From Dehalococcoidia bacterium (GTDB taxonomy: Bacteria; Chloroflexota; Dehalococcoidia; Lucifugimonadales; VXLM01): a stretch of 64,000 nucleotides of DNA. The stretch's first letter is position 1. Every line of letters begins with the position of its first letter. Shown one piece after another: positions 6,561 to 16,360 of this stretch. Position numbers and translations under genes: made by a program. The stretch covers positions 935,064 through 999,063 of the forward strand of contig OZ251484.1 of the NCBI GenBank assembly GCA_965242665.1, in the 5' to 3' direction. Below the pieces are notes generated by a model. The model was not told where the DNA came from. It did not search any database and worked only from the letters and a program-made list of their open reading frames with translations.

Positions 6561-9407
6561 ATGTCTACGACGTTCATTCGTTTGCGGTCGGTGGTTGCGC
6601 TGGGCGTTCTCGGAGTGGTTGCGTTGGTCGCGGGCTTCGCGACGGACGGGCTCGGGGGCGTCTTTTGGGCGTCGTCCTCAGGCGGCGCGGGCTCTGGTCC
6701 GTGGGCGAACTCGTTAGGGCCGCCAATCATCAATGGCCAAGGAGTCTCGTTGTCGAGCTCTGGCACCAACGACGGGTTTGGATATTCGATGGCCGTGAGT
6801 GCGGACGAAAGCACGATAGTCGTTGGAGCGCCCCTCGACGACGCGCGAGGGACTAACGCGGGCGCAGTGTACGTGTTCACGAAGCCGGCCACAGGATGGG
6901 GCAGCGGAACGGCGCCGACGGGCGTCAAACTCACCGCGTCCGGCAGCGCAACGGGGGACAATTTCGGGTTTTCGGTAGCGGTGAGCGGAGACGGAAGCAT
7001 GATCGTCGTCGGTGCGCCGGATGCCAACGTCCATCCTGTAACAGACGCCGGGAGGGCGTATGTGTTCACGAAGCCGGCCACAGGATGGGCGTCGTCGGCC
7101 GCGCAGGCAAATTTTAGAATGCACTCACAGGATCGGGACGATGACTTCGGGAGATCAGTAGCGGTGAGCGGAGACGGAAACACGATCTTCATCGGGGTGC
7201 CAGGAAGAGCTGTCGACAACCGTGGCTTGGTGTGTTTGCGAGGGAAGCCGTCAGGGGGGGCATGGACAAGTTTGAGTTGCGGTAGCTCCCACTTGCTAGG
7301 TCCTCGGATTGGCGGGCAGGAATTTGGGCACTCGTTGTCGATGAGCCCAGACGGAGACACGCTCGTCGTGGGAACGATTGCCGAGGCGGCGTATGTGTAC
7401 ACGAAGCCGGCCACAGGATGGTCGACGTCGGCCGCGTACGCAACACTCACCAAGGAGAGCTCGGTTGGAACCGATGAATTCGGGATGAGCGTGACGACGA
7501 GCGGGGACGGAGGCACTGTCGTCGTGGGAGCGGATGGGGTCGACTCGAACGGGGCGGCGTATGTGTTCACGAAGCCGGCCACAGGATGGGCGACGACATC
7601 GTCGGCAACGTCGACGGCGGCCAAGCTGACTGCGTCCGACGGGGCGGCAGGCAATGCTTTCGGGAAGTCGGTGTCGGCGAACGCAGACGGGAGCATGGTT
7701 GCAATAGGAGAGCCGGGCAGAGACAGCGGCCACACTAGCGGGACTGACACGGGCGCCGTGCATTTGTTCGCGGTGCCGCAGGGAGGGAAGTGGATCACTA
7801 CGACCACGGCGGATCCCCTGTCCGTAACGCTTCCCACGGAGACGATGCAAGGCGAGCGGGGACGCGAGGGTTCCATTGGCATTGGCGGAAATGTGGTGGT
7901 AACGGGTGCTTACCACAGCGGGGGGAGGACAGGCGCGTGGGTCTACAACACGATGGCTACGCCTCCGCCGACGCCGACACCCACGGTGACGCCCATACCG
8001 ACGGCAACATCCATACCGCCGACACCAACAGGCGGAGATGGCGGAGAAGTCACGCCGCCGCCGACACCAACGCCAACGCCCACGGCGACGCCGGACGTGA
8101 TACGACCGGAGGTCGGACTGTCGACGAACTTCCTCACGTTCACAGCCGCCCAAGGTGGAGACGGTCCGCCGGCGCAGACGTTCACGGTATGGAACACGGT
8201 GCGGCAGACAGACATGCCGTTCACCCTGTCGTCGAACGCGAGCTGGCTGTCGTTCTCGCCGAGGACGGCGTCGTCGAACAGTCCGCAGGCGCGGGTGTCC
8301 GTGAGAGTGTCCGCGAACGCTTCCGGGCTGGCTGCTGGAACGCACAGGGGCCGGATATCCATCAGCGCGCCGGGCGCGGAGAATACGCCGCGGTCGGTGT
8401 TCGTCACGCTCATCATAACATCGCCGACGTCCGCGAGGGCGGCAGTGACGGCGAACGAGACGACGGAGATCACGACCGGCGATTTGACCTTGCAGGTGGT
8501 AGTGCCGGCTGGGGCCGCGCCGTCGAACGTGGATATACAAGTGACGAAGTTGGACGTCTCATCGCCCGGCGCGCCGCCGGCCGATGATGAGCGGGTGACG
8601 CTCGCCGCGGAGGTTGAGACGTTCGCGTCTGGCAGCACCACGCCGACGCCGATGACGTACTCGCCGGGGGTGGATCTGCGGTTTGCGCTGCCGGCGGCCG
8701 ATGCGACGGCGTGCGCCGAAGGGCGCGTGCGAGTGTATCGGGTGGACGGCGATGAGTGGATGCTGCTGGAGCATCGGTGCGAGACGGACGCTGCCGGCAC
8801 GGTGTGGGCGGTATCCACGCTGACGAACTTCAGCACGTACGTCATGACGATAGACGATACCCCTGCAACGCCGACGCCGGCACCGACCGCGCCTCCGATT
8901 ACGACGCCGGTACCGACGGCCACATCCGCGCCAACGGCCATACCCACGGCCACGCCCGTACCGGCAACCGCGACGCCAGTACCGACGGCGACACCTGTGC
9001 CAGCAACCGCTACTCCTGTGCCCACGGCGACACCTGTGCCAGCAACCGCTACTACTGTGCCCACGGCGACATCCAGGCCAACGGCCATACCGACGTCTAC
9101 GCCCAGGCCGGCAACCGCGACGCCTGTGCCGACGGCCACATCCGCGCCGACAGCCGTGCCGACTGCGACGCCGGTGCCTGCGACCGCGACGCCTATGCCC
9201 GCGGCGACGTTCACGCCTGTGCCTCCGGCGACTGCGGTGACCCAGGCGGTTCCCGATCCGACGTCGACGCCGGTGGCTCAGCCGGAAGTTGAAGACGACG
9301 GCGGGTTGAACATGGTCGTGATCCTCGCGGTGGTTCTCGTAGTGGTGATTGCCGGTGCGGTCGCTGCCGGCGTGTACGTGCGGAGGGGCGGACTCGGCGG
9401 GGGGTAG
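6561..9407 (+). CDS. FG-GAP repeat (integrin-alpha-like beta-propeller) surface protein with Pro/Thr linkers, an Ig/BACON-like module and a C-terminal membrane anchor
   Basis: 948 aa. N-terminal hydrophobic segment 'VVALGVLGVVALVAGFA'. At least 7 repeats of 'FG.SVAVSGDG.T.VVGAP...GAAYVFTKPATGW'. PTPTPT linkers. Module 'LSTNFLTFTAAQGG..WLSFSP..VSVRVSANASGLAAGTHRGRISISAPG'. C-terminal TM segment 'MVVILAVVLVVVIAGAVAAGVYV' followed by RRGG. Confidence 0.8.
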   Translation: MSTTFIRLRSVVALGVLGVVALVAGFATDGLGGVFWASSSGGAGSGPWANSLGPPIINGQGVSLSSSGTNDGFGYSMAVSADESTIVVGAPLDDARGTNAGAVYVFTKPATGWGSGTAPTGVKLTASGSATGDNFGFSVAVSGDGSMIVVGAPDANVHPVTDAGRAYVFTKPATGWASSAAQANFRMHSQDRDDDFGRSVAVSGDGNTIFIGVPGRAVDNRGLVCLRGKPSGGAWTSLSCGSSHLLGPRIGGQEFGHSLSMSPDGDTLVVGTIAEAAYVYTKPATGWSTSAAYATLTKESSVGTDEFGMSVTTSGDGGTVVVGADGVDSNGAAYVFTKPATGWATTSSATSTAAKLTASDGAAGNAFGKSVSANADGSMVAIGEPGRDSGHTSGTDTGAVHLFAVPQGGKWITTTTADPLSVTLPTETMQGERGREGSIGIGGNVVVTGAYHSGGRTGAWVYNTMATPPPTPTPTVTPIPTATSIPPTPTGGDGGEVTPPPTPTPTPTATPDVIRPEVGLSTNFLTFTAAQGGDGPPAQTFTVWNTVRQTDMPFTLSSNASWLSFSPRTASSNSPQARVSVRVSANASGLAAGTHRGRISISAPGAENTPRSVFVTLIITSPTSARAAVTANETTEITTGDLTLQVVVPAGAAPSNVDIQVTKLDVSSPGAPPADDERVTLAAEVETFASGSTTPTPMTYSPGVDLRFALPAADATACAEGRVRVYRVDGDEWMLLEHRCETDAAGTVWAVSTLTNFSTYVMTIDDTPATPTPAPTAPPITTPVPTATSAPTAIPTATPVPATATPVPTATPVPATATPVPTATPVPATATTVPTATSRPTAIPTSTPRPATATPVPTATSAPTAVPTATPVPATATPMPAATFTPVPPATAVTQAVPDPTSTPVAQPEVEDDGGLNMVVILAVVLVVVIAGAVAAGVYVRRGGLGGG

Positions 9408-9420
9408 GTTCGCGCGTAGG

Positions 9421-9560
9421 GGGGAATGACGGGGCAGGTTGACCGACCGCAACTCCGTCACTCCCCCACCCATGCCCAGGATGGATTCCCGCCTACGCGG
9501 GAATGACGGAGGCAGGTGTGGGAATGACGTGGGAGGGTGCGGGAATGGCTGGGGCGGTCG
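9421..9560. repeat. REP-like cluster (one full hairpin plus GGGAATGAC half-sites)
   Basis: Full hairpin GATTCCCGCCTACGCGGGAATGAC at 9484-9507. It is flanked by repeated GGGAATGACG(G/T) half-sites. Confidence 0.9.
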
Positions 9561-9568
9561 ATTCGCAG

Positions 9569-10447
9569 CTAGAGGGCGCCGCGCTTTCTGTGGGTGTTCG
9601 ATTCCCTCGGGACTGCTTTGCGCTTTCGGGGGGAGAGGCGGAGGGCGCTGCGGATGGAGGTGTAGGTCAGCACTATGAAGAATACGGCGGCAGAGAAGAG
9701 CACGACGGAGGGGCCTGAGGATACGTCGACGTAGAAGCTGGCGTAGAGGCCGCCGAGTCCGCAGAATGCGCCGATGGAGACGGATAGGAGGAGCATCTTG
9801 CCGAAGTCGTTCGTGAGGAGGCGCGCGGATACGGGGGGGATGACGATGGCGGCGGCAATCATGGTAACGCCGAGCACTTGGAGAGATACGACGATGACGG
9901 CTGCGAGCATGAGGGCGAAGCCGGTGTCTACCCATCCTGTGGGCACTCCATAGAATCGGGCGACCTCGGGCTCGAATGTGGTAAAGAGTAGGTATTTGTA
10001 GCCGACGAATACGGCGGCGGCGGCGGCGGCGCCCACTATGAGGATCGCGGCGACGTCTGCATTGTCGACGGCGAGGATGTTGCCGAAGAGTGCGGCGTCG
10101 AAGCTGCGGGTGAAGCTCTTGAATCTGCTTATCAGGGCGATGCCGAGCGCAAAGCTGGACGTGGTGACGATTCCGATGGCGGCGTCTTCGCCTATGCTGC
10201 GCTTTCGAGTTGCAAGGTTTATGAGCATGGCGGATACGAAGCCCCAGACGCTTGCGCCAACGAAGAAGTTGATGGACATGACGTAGCTGGCGACTGCGCC
10301 GCCGAAGATGGCGTGGGAGAGTCCGTGCCCGATGTAGGCCATGCGGCGGAGGACGATGTAGACGCCGATGAGTCCGCAGAGGGCGCCGGCGAGGGAGGCG
10401 ACGATCAGGCCTCTGACGAAGAATTCGTATTCGAAGGGTGCGAGCAT
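9569..10447 (-). CDS. metal (Zn/Mn-type) ABC transporter permease
   Basis: 292-aa polytopic membrane ORF, last gene of the regulator/SBP/ATPase/permease operon. It resembles the ZnuB/MntB family (for example 'GHGLSHAIFGG' and 'DAAIGIVTTSSFALG'). The last ~30 aa run into a REP cluster and may be an over-extension. Confidence 0.8.
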   Translation of the reverse strand: MLAPFEYEFFVRGLIVASLAGALCGLIGVYIVLRRMAYIGHGLSHAIFGGAVASYVMSINFFVGASVWGFVSAMLINLATRKRSIGEDAAIGIVTTSSFALGIALISRFKSFTRSFDAALFGNILAVDNADVAAILIVGAAAAAAVFVGYKYLLFTTFEPEVARFYGVPTGWVDTGFALMLAAVIVVSLQVLGVTMIAAAIVIPPVSARLLTNDFGKMLLLSVSIGAFCGLGGLYASFYVDVSSGPSVVLFSAAVFFIVLTYTSIRSALRLSPRKRKAVPRESNTHRKRGAL

Positions 10448-10449
10448 TT

Positions 10450-11280
10450 CTACTGCCCTTCGTTCTCGCGTCCGTTGCGCCCGAAGAAGTGGGGGGTTTC
10501 AGCGACGAGTGTCATACCTTGGTATTGGGTTACGTGGAGGTCGGCGCCGTAGGTGAGCTTGAGGTTAGCTGGGGTGAAGACGTCGTTGGGCGCGCCCTCC
10601 GCGACGATGCTGCCGTTCATGCAGACGACCCAGGGCAGGTGCGCGGCCACCGCATTGATTTCGTGGGTGGTCATGACTATGGTCACGTCTTGGTGGTTGA
10701 GTTCGTCGAGGAGGTGCATGACTTCGTCGCGGGTCTTGATGTCGACGCCCATGGTGGGTTCGTCGAGTAGCAGCAGCTTTGGGCTGCTGACGAGCGCTCT
10801 GGCGAGGAATGCGCGCTGCTGCTGTCCGCCGGACAGGTCACGGATGTGTCGTTTGGCGAGGCGGGCGATGCCGAGGCGCTGCATGATTTCTTCGGCATTT
10901 TCCTTGTCCGCGCGCCGATGCCAGGGAAATGCCCAGTTTTCGGAGGTTCGCCCCATCATGACGACCTGCTCGACGGTGACTGGGAAGTTCCAGTCTATAG
11001 TTTCGAGTTGGGGGACGTAGCCCACGATGGGTTTGCTGTGTGCGATGGATCGTCCATCGACGCGAATTTCGCCGTCGAACAGGCTGGCTGCGCCAAGGAT
11101 GGCTCTGAGCAGCGTGGTCTTTCCGGAGCCGCTGGGTCCGAGGATGCCGACGAAGTCGCCGTGGTTGACGGTGAGGTCGATGTTTTGGAGGATTGGCTCG
11201 CCGTCGTAGCCGCACGTTACGTCTATCATCTGGACGATGAGCTCTTCTCTGTCGTATTGGTGAGGAGTGGGGTGAAGCAT
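10450..11280 (-). CDS. metal ABC transporter ATP-binding protein
   Basis: Walker A 'GPSGSGKTTLL', ABC signature 'LSGGQQQRAFLARAL' and Walker B 'LLLLDEP'. Its start overlaps the upstream SBP stop by 1 nt. Confidence 0.9.
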   Translation of the reverse strand: MLHPTPHQYDREELIVQMIDVTCGYDGEPILQNIDLTVNHGDFVGILGPSGSGKTTLLRAILGAASLFDGEIRVDGRSIAHSKPIVGYVPQLETIDWNFPVTVEQVVMMGRTSENWAFPWHRRADKENAEEIMQRLGIARLAKRHIRDLSGGQQQRAFLARALVSSPKLLLLDEPTMGVDIKTRDEVMHLLDELNHQDVTIVMTTHEINAVAAHLPWVVCMNGSIVAEGAPNDVFTPANLKLTYGADLHVTQYQGMTLVAETPHFFGRNGRENEGQ

Positions 11281-12287
11281 TATTCTGGGTAGTTGGCGTT
11301 GCTGTCGTCTTCGAATACGGGGCCGGAGTCGAAGCCTTCGAGGGGAGCGACGCTGCCTCCGAGGGCTGGGGCGATGATCTCCATATTCGAGACCATGAGT
11401 CCCATGTAGGTGTGGCGCGGGTTGCCGTGGGAGCCTGGCAGGTCGTCATCGCGGAGTTCGTCTATGAACTGTGCGCCGCTTTCTCTGGCGATTTGCTCCA
11501 TGACGGGGCTGGGGAAGACTTCGGAGCCGAATACGGCGGGAACTTTGGCTGCGCGTATTTGGTCTATGAGGTTGGCGACTTCGCGGGCGGAGGGTTCGGT
11601 GAAGTCGGAGGGTTGGACGGCGCCGATTATCTCCATTCCGTACCGCTCGGCGAAGAAGGGGAAGGAGTCATGGTAGGTTAGTAGCTTGCGGTTTTCCGGG
11701 GGTATGGTTGCGATTACGTCGGCTATCCTCCTGTCGAGATCGACGATGCGCGCCTCGAGTTTCTCATAGTTTGCGGCGTAGTAGGCGGCATTGTCGGGGT
11801 CGAGGGCGGAGAGCTCGCCGCGGATGAGGTCGGCGTACTCTAGGGCGAGGATGGGGTCGGTCCAGAGGTGCGGGTTGGGGTGTCCGCCGGATTCCGGGAA
11901 GGAGACGTCGAATACCCACTCGGCGCGGGTGATGGTGTTGTCTCCGAGGGTTAGGATGACGGCGTCCGACTTCTTGTTTGCCTCGGCCATTTCTCGGAAG
12001 GGTTCTTCGAGGAAGAGTCCGTTCAAGACTATCAGATCTGCCTGCGATACGATTCTGGCGACGGATGGGGGAGGCTCGAAGGTGTGAGAATTCACGCCCT
12101 CGGGGACTATCCCATCTAGGCGGATTCTAGGGCCGCCGACGTTCTCTACCAGGCTGGTAATCGGCGAGACCGTGGAGACCACCCGCAGGATGTCTGGGGG
12201 AGAATCGTCGCTGCCGCCGTCGATCGAGCAGGCGACGAGAGCCAGCGCGGCAACCAAGAGCACGGCGGAAATCAAGGACGGGTTCAC
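11280..12287 (-). CDS. metal ABC transporter substrate-binding lipoprotein (ZnuA/TroA cluster-9 family)
   Basis: Lipobox 'LALVACS'. Typical 'VVSTVSPITSLVENVGG', 'NPHLWTDP' and 'LLTYHDSFPFFAERYG' segments. Confidence 0.85.
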   Translation of the reverse strand: MNPSLISAVLLVAALALVACSIDGGSDDSPPDILRVVSTVSPITSLVENVGGPRIRLDGIVPEGVNSHTFEPPPSVARIVSQADLIVLNGLFLEEPFREMAEANKKSDAVILTLGDNTITRAEWVFDVSFPESGGHPNPHLWTDPILALEYADLIRGELSALDPDNAAYYAANYEKLEARIVDLDRRIADVIATIPPENRKLLTYHDSFPFFAERYGMEIIGAVQPSDFTEPSAREVANLIDQIRAAKVPAVFGSEVFPSPVMEQIARESGAQFIDELRDDDLPGSHGNPRHTYMGLMVSNMEIIAPALGGSVAPLEGFDSGPVFEDDSNANYPE

Positions 12288-12315
12288 GATGGCCGGAGGG
12301 GGGCGGGACGCTGGA

Positions 12316-12822
12316 TCATCGATTCATCTCCACCTTGACGCGCGGCCATCTTCCATCCCTACCCTGCTCATTCGAAATGCCATCTACCGTGGAGACGCTC
12401 GTCGGAGCGCAGTCCGCGCACCTGCCAAATACGGCGATATGGTCGACGTCTGCCTCGAAGCCGTAGTCGTCCAGGATCTCTGCGCCGAGGCTGGCCATAT
12501 AGGCATGGTCCAGCTTGGTGAGGCTGCCGCAGTCGCGGCAAATCAGGTGATGGTGCCGGTCTTGGCGCAGCCATTCGTAGATCATTTCGCCTGCGCCGAC
12601 GTCGGTCTCGGAGATCAAGCGCAGCTTCTTGAGCACGCTCAGGGTGCGGTACACCGTCGAGGAGTCGATGTACGGATATGATTCACGGACGCGGTCGAGT
12701 ATTTCGGATGCAGTCATGTGACCGTCCGCGTGTCGGAGGGACGAGAGTATGAGAACGCGCTGGGGGGTCAAGCGGCGCCCGGAATCACGGAGGGTTTGGA
12801 CGGAGTGGTCTTCGCAGCTCAT
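12316..12822 (-). CDS. Fur-family metalloregulator (Zur-like by context)
   Basis: 'LTPQRVLILSSL..HMTASEILDRV' winged helix, 'HHHLICRDCG' and 'CADC' zinc sites. I prefer the ATG at 12822 over the TTG at 12849 that opens the tracked ORF. Confidence 0.8.
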   Translation of the reverse strand: MSCEDHSVQTLRDSGRRLTPQRVLILSSLRHADGHMTASEILDRVRESYPYIDSSTVYRTLSVLKKLRLISETDVGAGEMIYEWLRQDRHHHLICRDCGSLTKLDHAYMASLGAEILDDYGFEADVDHIAVFGRCADCAPTSVSTVDGISNEQGRDGRWPRVKVEMNR

Positions 12823-12970
12823 CGTTATTGCAAGTGGTTGCAGAAGCAAGGATACAGCATCGGCTGAGTAGTGTCAATAGCACGTCGGGGGTGGTTGTTC
12901 TCCCGGGGCAGTTCTGCGTTGGTCGATCGCGGCGCGGGTATGCGTGTGGATGCGGGGACGTCGGGCGCTG

Positions 12971-12994
12971 GATTCCCGCCTGCGCGGGAATGAC
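12971..12994. repeat. REP-like palindromic element
   Basis: GATTCCCGCCTGCGCGGGAATGAC. Confidence 0.9.
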
Positions 12995-13008
12995 GTAGAC
13001 AAAGGAAG

Positions 13009-13039
13009 TTGACAAAGTCAACCGCGATTCTGATATAAA
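13009..13039 (+). promoter_or_regulatory. sigma70-type promoter of the FG-GAP gene (copy 2)
   Basis: TTGACA (13009-13014), a 19-nt spacer and TATAAA (13034-13039). It is almost identical to 6333-6362. Confidence 0.6.
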
Positions 13040-13047
13040 GGAACGTC

Positions 13048-13067
13048 AGTAAGGCCTAGTAAGGCCT
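13048..13067. repeat. 10-bp repeat AGTAAGGCCT x2 (short allele of the 6371-6540 array)
   Basis: Two copies followed by the same ACAGCGAGGGGCAAGGAAAA-ATG leader as the paralog. Confidence 0.95.
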
Positions 13068-13087
13068 ACAGCGAGGGGCAAGGAAAA

Positions 13088-15913
13088 ATGTCTACCAGGT
13101 TCGTTCGTTTGCGGTCGGTCGTTGCGCTGGGCCTTCTCGGAGTGGTTGTCGCGCTGGCTGCGGGTTTCGCGACGGACGGGCTGGGGGCGTCGTCCTCAGG
13201 CGGCGGCGCGGGCTCTGGTTCGTGGGAGAACTCGTACGGGCCGCCAATCATTGAGGGCGCCGGACTCTTTCTGTCGAACTCTGCCGGCAGGTTTGGAACT
13301 TCGGCGGCCGTGAGTGCGGACGGAAGCACTATCGCCGTTGGAGCGCCCAATAACCCGAATCCCGGGGTATACGTGTTCACGAGGCCGTCCGGCGGATGGG
13401 GCGACGGAACGACGCCGACGGTCGTCAGAATCGCCGGGTCCGACACCGTATCGGGGCACGGTTTCGGGAGATCGGTAGCGGTGAGTAGAGACGGAAGCAC
13501 GATCGTCGTCGGGGCACCGGAGGTCGGTACTTTGGGCTCATGGAACCGGGGCGCGGCGTATGTGTTCACGAAGCCGTCCGGGGGATGGTCGACGTCGGCG
13601 ACATCCGCAAAATTTGCTCATTCGAACCCGAATCAGCACGATAGGTTTGGAAACTCGGTAGCGGTGAGCGCAGACGGAAACACGGTCGTCGTCGGGATAA
13701 AAGGGAGAGACCAAAGCGGCGTAACCAACCCCGGTGAGGCGTATGTGTTCACGAAGCCGTCCGGGGGATGGGTGGATGCGAATCAGACGGCGGGTGTCAG
13801 GCTAACTCGCAGTACTGCGAACCAGGAATTTGGGAAATCGGTGTCGATGAGCGAGGACGGCGACACGATCGTCGTGGGAACGGTTGCCGGGGCGGCGTAT
13901 GTGTACACGAAACCGGATGGAGGATGGTCGACGTCGGCCGCGTTCGCAACACTTACACAGAGAGACGCGACTGGAAACGATCGATTTGGGGAGAGCGCGA
14001 CGATGAGTGGGGACGGAGGCACTGTCGTCGTGGGAGCGTTTCAGGCCGACGGCAACGCGGCCACAAGCGGGGCGGCATATGTGTTCACGAAGCCGGCCTC
14101 AGGGTGGATGGCGACGTCGACGTCGGCCAAGCTGACGGCGGGCGACGGGGCGACAGGCAATCAATTCGGTCGGTCGCTGTCGGCGAACGCAGACGGGAGC
14201 ATGATTGCAATTGGAGAGCCGAACAGAGGCAGCGGGGCGGACAGGGGCGCCGTGCATCTGTTCGCGGTGCCGCAGGGGGGAAAGTGGATCACTACAACCA
14301 CGTCGGATCCCCTGTCCGTAACACTTCCCACGGAGACGGTGCTAGGCGAGCGAGGGGCCGAGGGATCCACCATTGGCATTGGCGGAAATGTGGTCGTAGT
14401 GGGAGCTCACAGCTCCGGGGTGGGGGGGAGGACCGGCGCGTGGGTCTACAACACGAAGCCTACGCCACCACCACCGACGGCAACACCCACACCGACGCCC
14501 ATACCGACGGCAACATCCATACCGCCGACACCAACAGGCGGAGAAGTCGCGCCGACACCAACACCAACGCCCACAGCGACGCCGGACGTGATACGACCGG
14601 AGGTCGGCCTGTCGACGAACTTCCTGACGTTCACGGCCGCGCAGGGCGGAGATGCGCCGGCGGCGCAGACGTTCACGGTGTGGAACACGATGCGGGATAC
14701 GGACATGCCGTTCACGCTGTCGTCGGACGCGAGCTGGCTGTCGTTCTCTCCGAGGACGGCGTCGTCGAACAGTCCGCAGGCGCGGGTGTCCGTGAGGGTA
14801 TCGGCGAACGCTTCCGGGCTCGCTGCGGGGACGCATAGGGGCAGTATCGCCATCAGCGCGCCAGGAGCGGAGAATACGCCGCGGATGGTGTTCGTCACGC
14901 TTGTCGTGACATCGCCGACGTCCGCGAGGGCGGCGGTGACGACGAACGAGGAGACGGAGATCACGACAGGGGATTCGACCGTTCAGCTGGTAGTGCCGGC
15001 TGGGGCCGCGCCGTCGAACGTGGATATACAAGTGACCAAGTTGGACGCCGCATCACCTGGCGCGCCGCCGGCCGATGCGGAGCGGGTGACACTCGCTGCG
15101 GAAGTGGAGACGTTCGCGTCCGGCAGTACCACGCCGACGCCGATGACCTACCCGCGCGGAGTTGATCTGCGGTTTGCGCTGCCGGCGGCCGATGCGTCTG
15201 CGTGCGTGGAGGGGCGCGTGCGGGTGTACTGGGTGAACGACGGCGAATGGACGCTGCTGGAGCATCGGTGCGAGACGGACGCTGCCGGCACGGTGTGGGC
15301 GGTGTCCACGCTGACACACTTCAGCACGTACGTCATGACGATAGACGACGCGCTTCCGACGCCGACGCCAGAGCCGACAGCGCCTCCGACGGCTACGCCA
15401 GTACCGACGGCCACATCCGCGCCGACAGCCGTGCCCACGGCAACGCCAGTGCCGGCAACCGCTACGCCAGTGCCGGCAACCGCTACGCCAGTGCCGACGG
15501 CCATACCGACGGCGACGCCTCGACCGGCAACCGCTACTCCCATACCGACGGCGACGCCTCGACCGGCAACCGCTACTCCCATACCAACGGCCAGGCCAAC
15601 GGCGACGCCCAGGCCTCCGACGTCTACGCCGGTGCCGACGGCCACATCCGTGCCAACGGCTGTGCCCACGGCAACGCCAGTGCCTCCAACTGCGACGCCC
15701 ATGCCCGCGGCGACGTTCACGCCTGTGCCTCCGGCGACTGCGGTGACTCAGGCCGTTCCCGAGCCGACGTCGACGCCGGTCGCTGAACCGGAGGTTGAAG
15801 ACGGCGGCGGGTTGAACATGGTCGTGATCATTGCGGTGGTTGTCGTGGTGGTGATTGCGGGTGCGGTGGCGGCCGCTGTGTACGTGCGGAGGGGCGGACT
15901 CGGCGGGGGGTAG
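13088..15913 (+). CDS. FG-GAP repeat surface protein, paralog of 6561..9407
   Basis: 941 aa with the same architecture as the paralog. The C-terminal two-thirds are nearly identical to the paralog, and the N-terminal propeller is clearly more diverged. Confidence 0.8.
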   Translation: MSTRFVRLRSVVALGLLGVVVALAAGFATDGLGASSSGGGAGSGSWENSYGPPIIEGAGLFLSNSAGRFGTSAAVSADGSTIAVGAPNNPNPGVYVFTRPSGGWGDGTTPTVVRIAGSDTVSGHGFGRSVAVSRDGSTIVVGAPEVGTLGSWNRGAAYVFTKPSGGWSTSATSAKFAHSNPNQHDRFGNSVAVSADGNTVVVGIKGRDQSGVTNPGEAYVFTKPSGGWVDANQTAGVRLTRSTANQEFGKSVSMSEDGDTIVVGTVAGAAYVYTKPDGGWSTSAAFATLTQRDATGNDRFGESATMSGDGGTVVVGAFQADGNAATSGAAYVFTKPASGWMATSTSAKLTAGDGATGNQFGRSLSANADGSMIAIGEPNRGSGADRGAVHLFAVPQGGKWITTTTSDPLSVTLPTETVLGERGAEGSTIGIGGNVVVVGAHSSGVGGRTGAWVYNTKPTPPPPTATPTPTPIPTATSIPPTPTGGEVAPTPTPTPTATPDVIRPEVGLSTNFLTFTAAQGGDAPAAQTFTVWNTMRDTDMPFTLSSDASWLSFSPRTASSNSPQARVSVRVSANASGLAAGTHRGSIAISAPGAENTPRMVFVTLVVTSPTSARAAVTTNEETEITTGDSTVQLVVPAGAAPSNVDIQVTKLDAASPGAPPADAERVTLAAEVETFASGSTTPTPMTYPRGVDLRFALPAADASACVEGRVRVYWVNDGEWTLLEHRCETDAAGTVWAVSTLTHFSTYVMTIDDALPTPTPEPTAPPTATPVPTATSAPTAVPTATPVPATATPVPATATPVPTAIPTATPRPATATPIPTATPRPATATPIPTARPTATPRPPTSTPVPTATSVPTAVPTATPVPPTATPMPAATFTPVPPATAVTQAVPEPTSTPVAEPEVEDGGGLNMVVIIAVVVVVVIAGAVAAAVYVRRGGLGGG

Positions 15914-15914
15914 G

Positions 15915-16360
15915 TTGCCCGCGTAGGGGGGAATGCCTCGCTCCTGCGCCTTTGCGGAGAGGTAGCCCGTAGGTTCGCGCGCGTATGGGGGAATGACGGG
16001 GCAGGGCTTAGACCGCACCCACTCCGTCACTCCCCCGCCCAATAACCGCGGTGGATTCCCGCCTACGCGGGAATGACGGGAACAGGGGCGGGAATGTAGA
16101 CAGACAGGCATGACGGTAGACAGGGTAGATCGTACACCCCTACCCCCGTCATTCCCCCATCCATGCCCACGATGGATTCCCGCCTACGCGGGAATGACGG
16201 GAACAGGGACGACCGCACTCCTACTACCGTCACTCCCGCACCCGGTCTACGTCATGCCTGCACCCAACCACGTCACTCCCGCACCCGGTCTACGTCATGC
16301 CTGCACCCAACCACGTCACTCCCACAGCCACCCACGTCATTCCCGCGAAGGCGGGAATCT
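15915..16360. repeat. REP-like cluster with a 43-bp direct duplication
   Basis: Hairpins at 16054-16077 and 16175-16198 (CTAC loop) and at 16336-16359 (GAAG loop, opposite orientation). The 43-bp unit GTCACTCCCGCACCCGGTCTACGTCATGCCTGCACCCAACCAC is repeated at 16229 and 16272. Confidence 0.9.

Noticed and set aside
7296-9935. Long Arg/Pro/Gly-rich ORFs antisense to or out of frame with the FG-GAP gene (for example 7296..8540-, 7943..9214-, 8559..9935-). Analogous ORFs lie at 14342..16111.
   Set aside because: These are typical shadow ORFs of GC-rich coding DNA. They have extreme composition and no motifs, and they fully overlap a well-supported CDS.
12823-12860. Possible Zur/Fur box (TTGCAAGTGGTTGCAG) at the regulator gene start
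   Set aside because: It has only two short direct TTGCA repeats. It is not the AT-rich 7-1-7 palindrome expected for Fur-family operators, and it lies partly inside the alternative TTG-initiated ORF.
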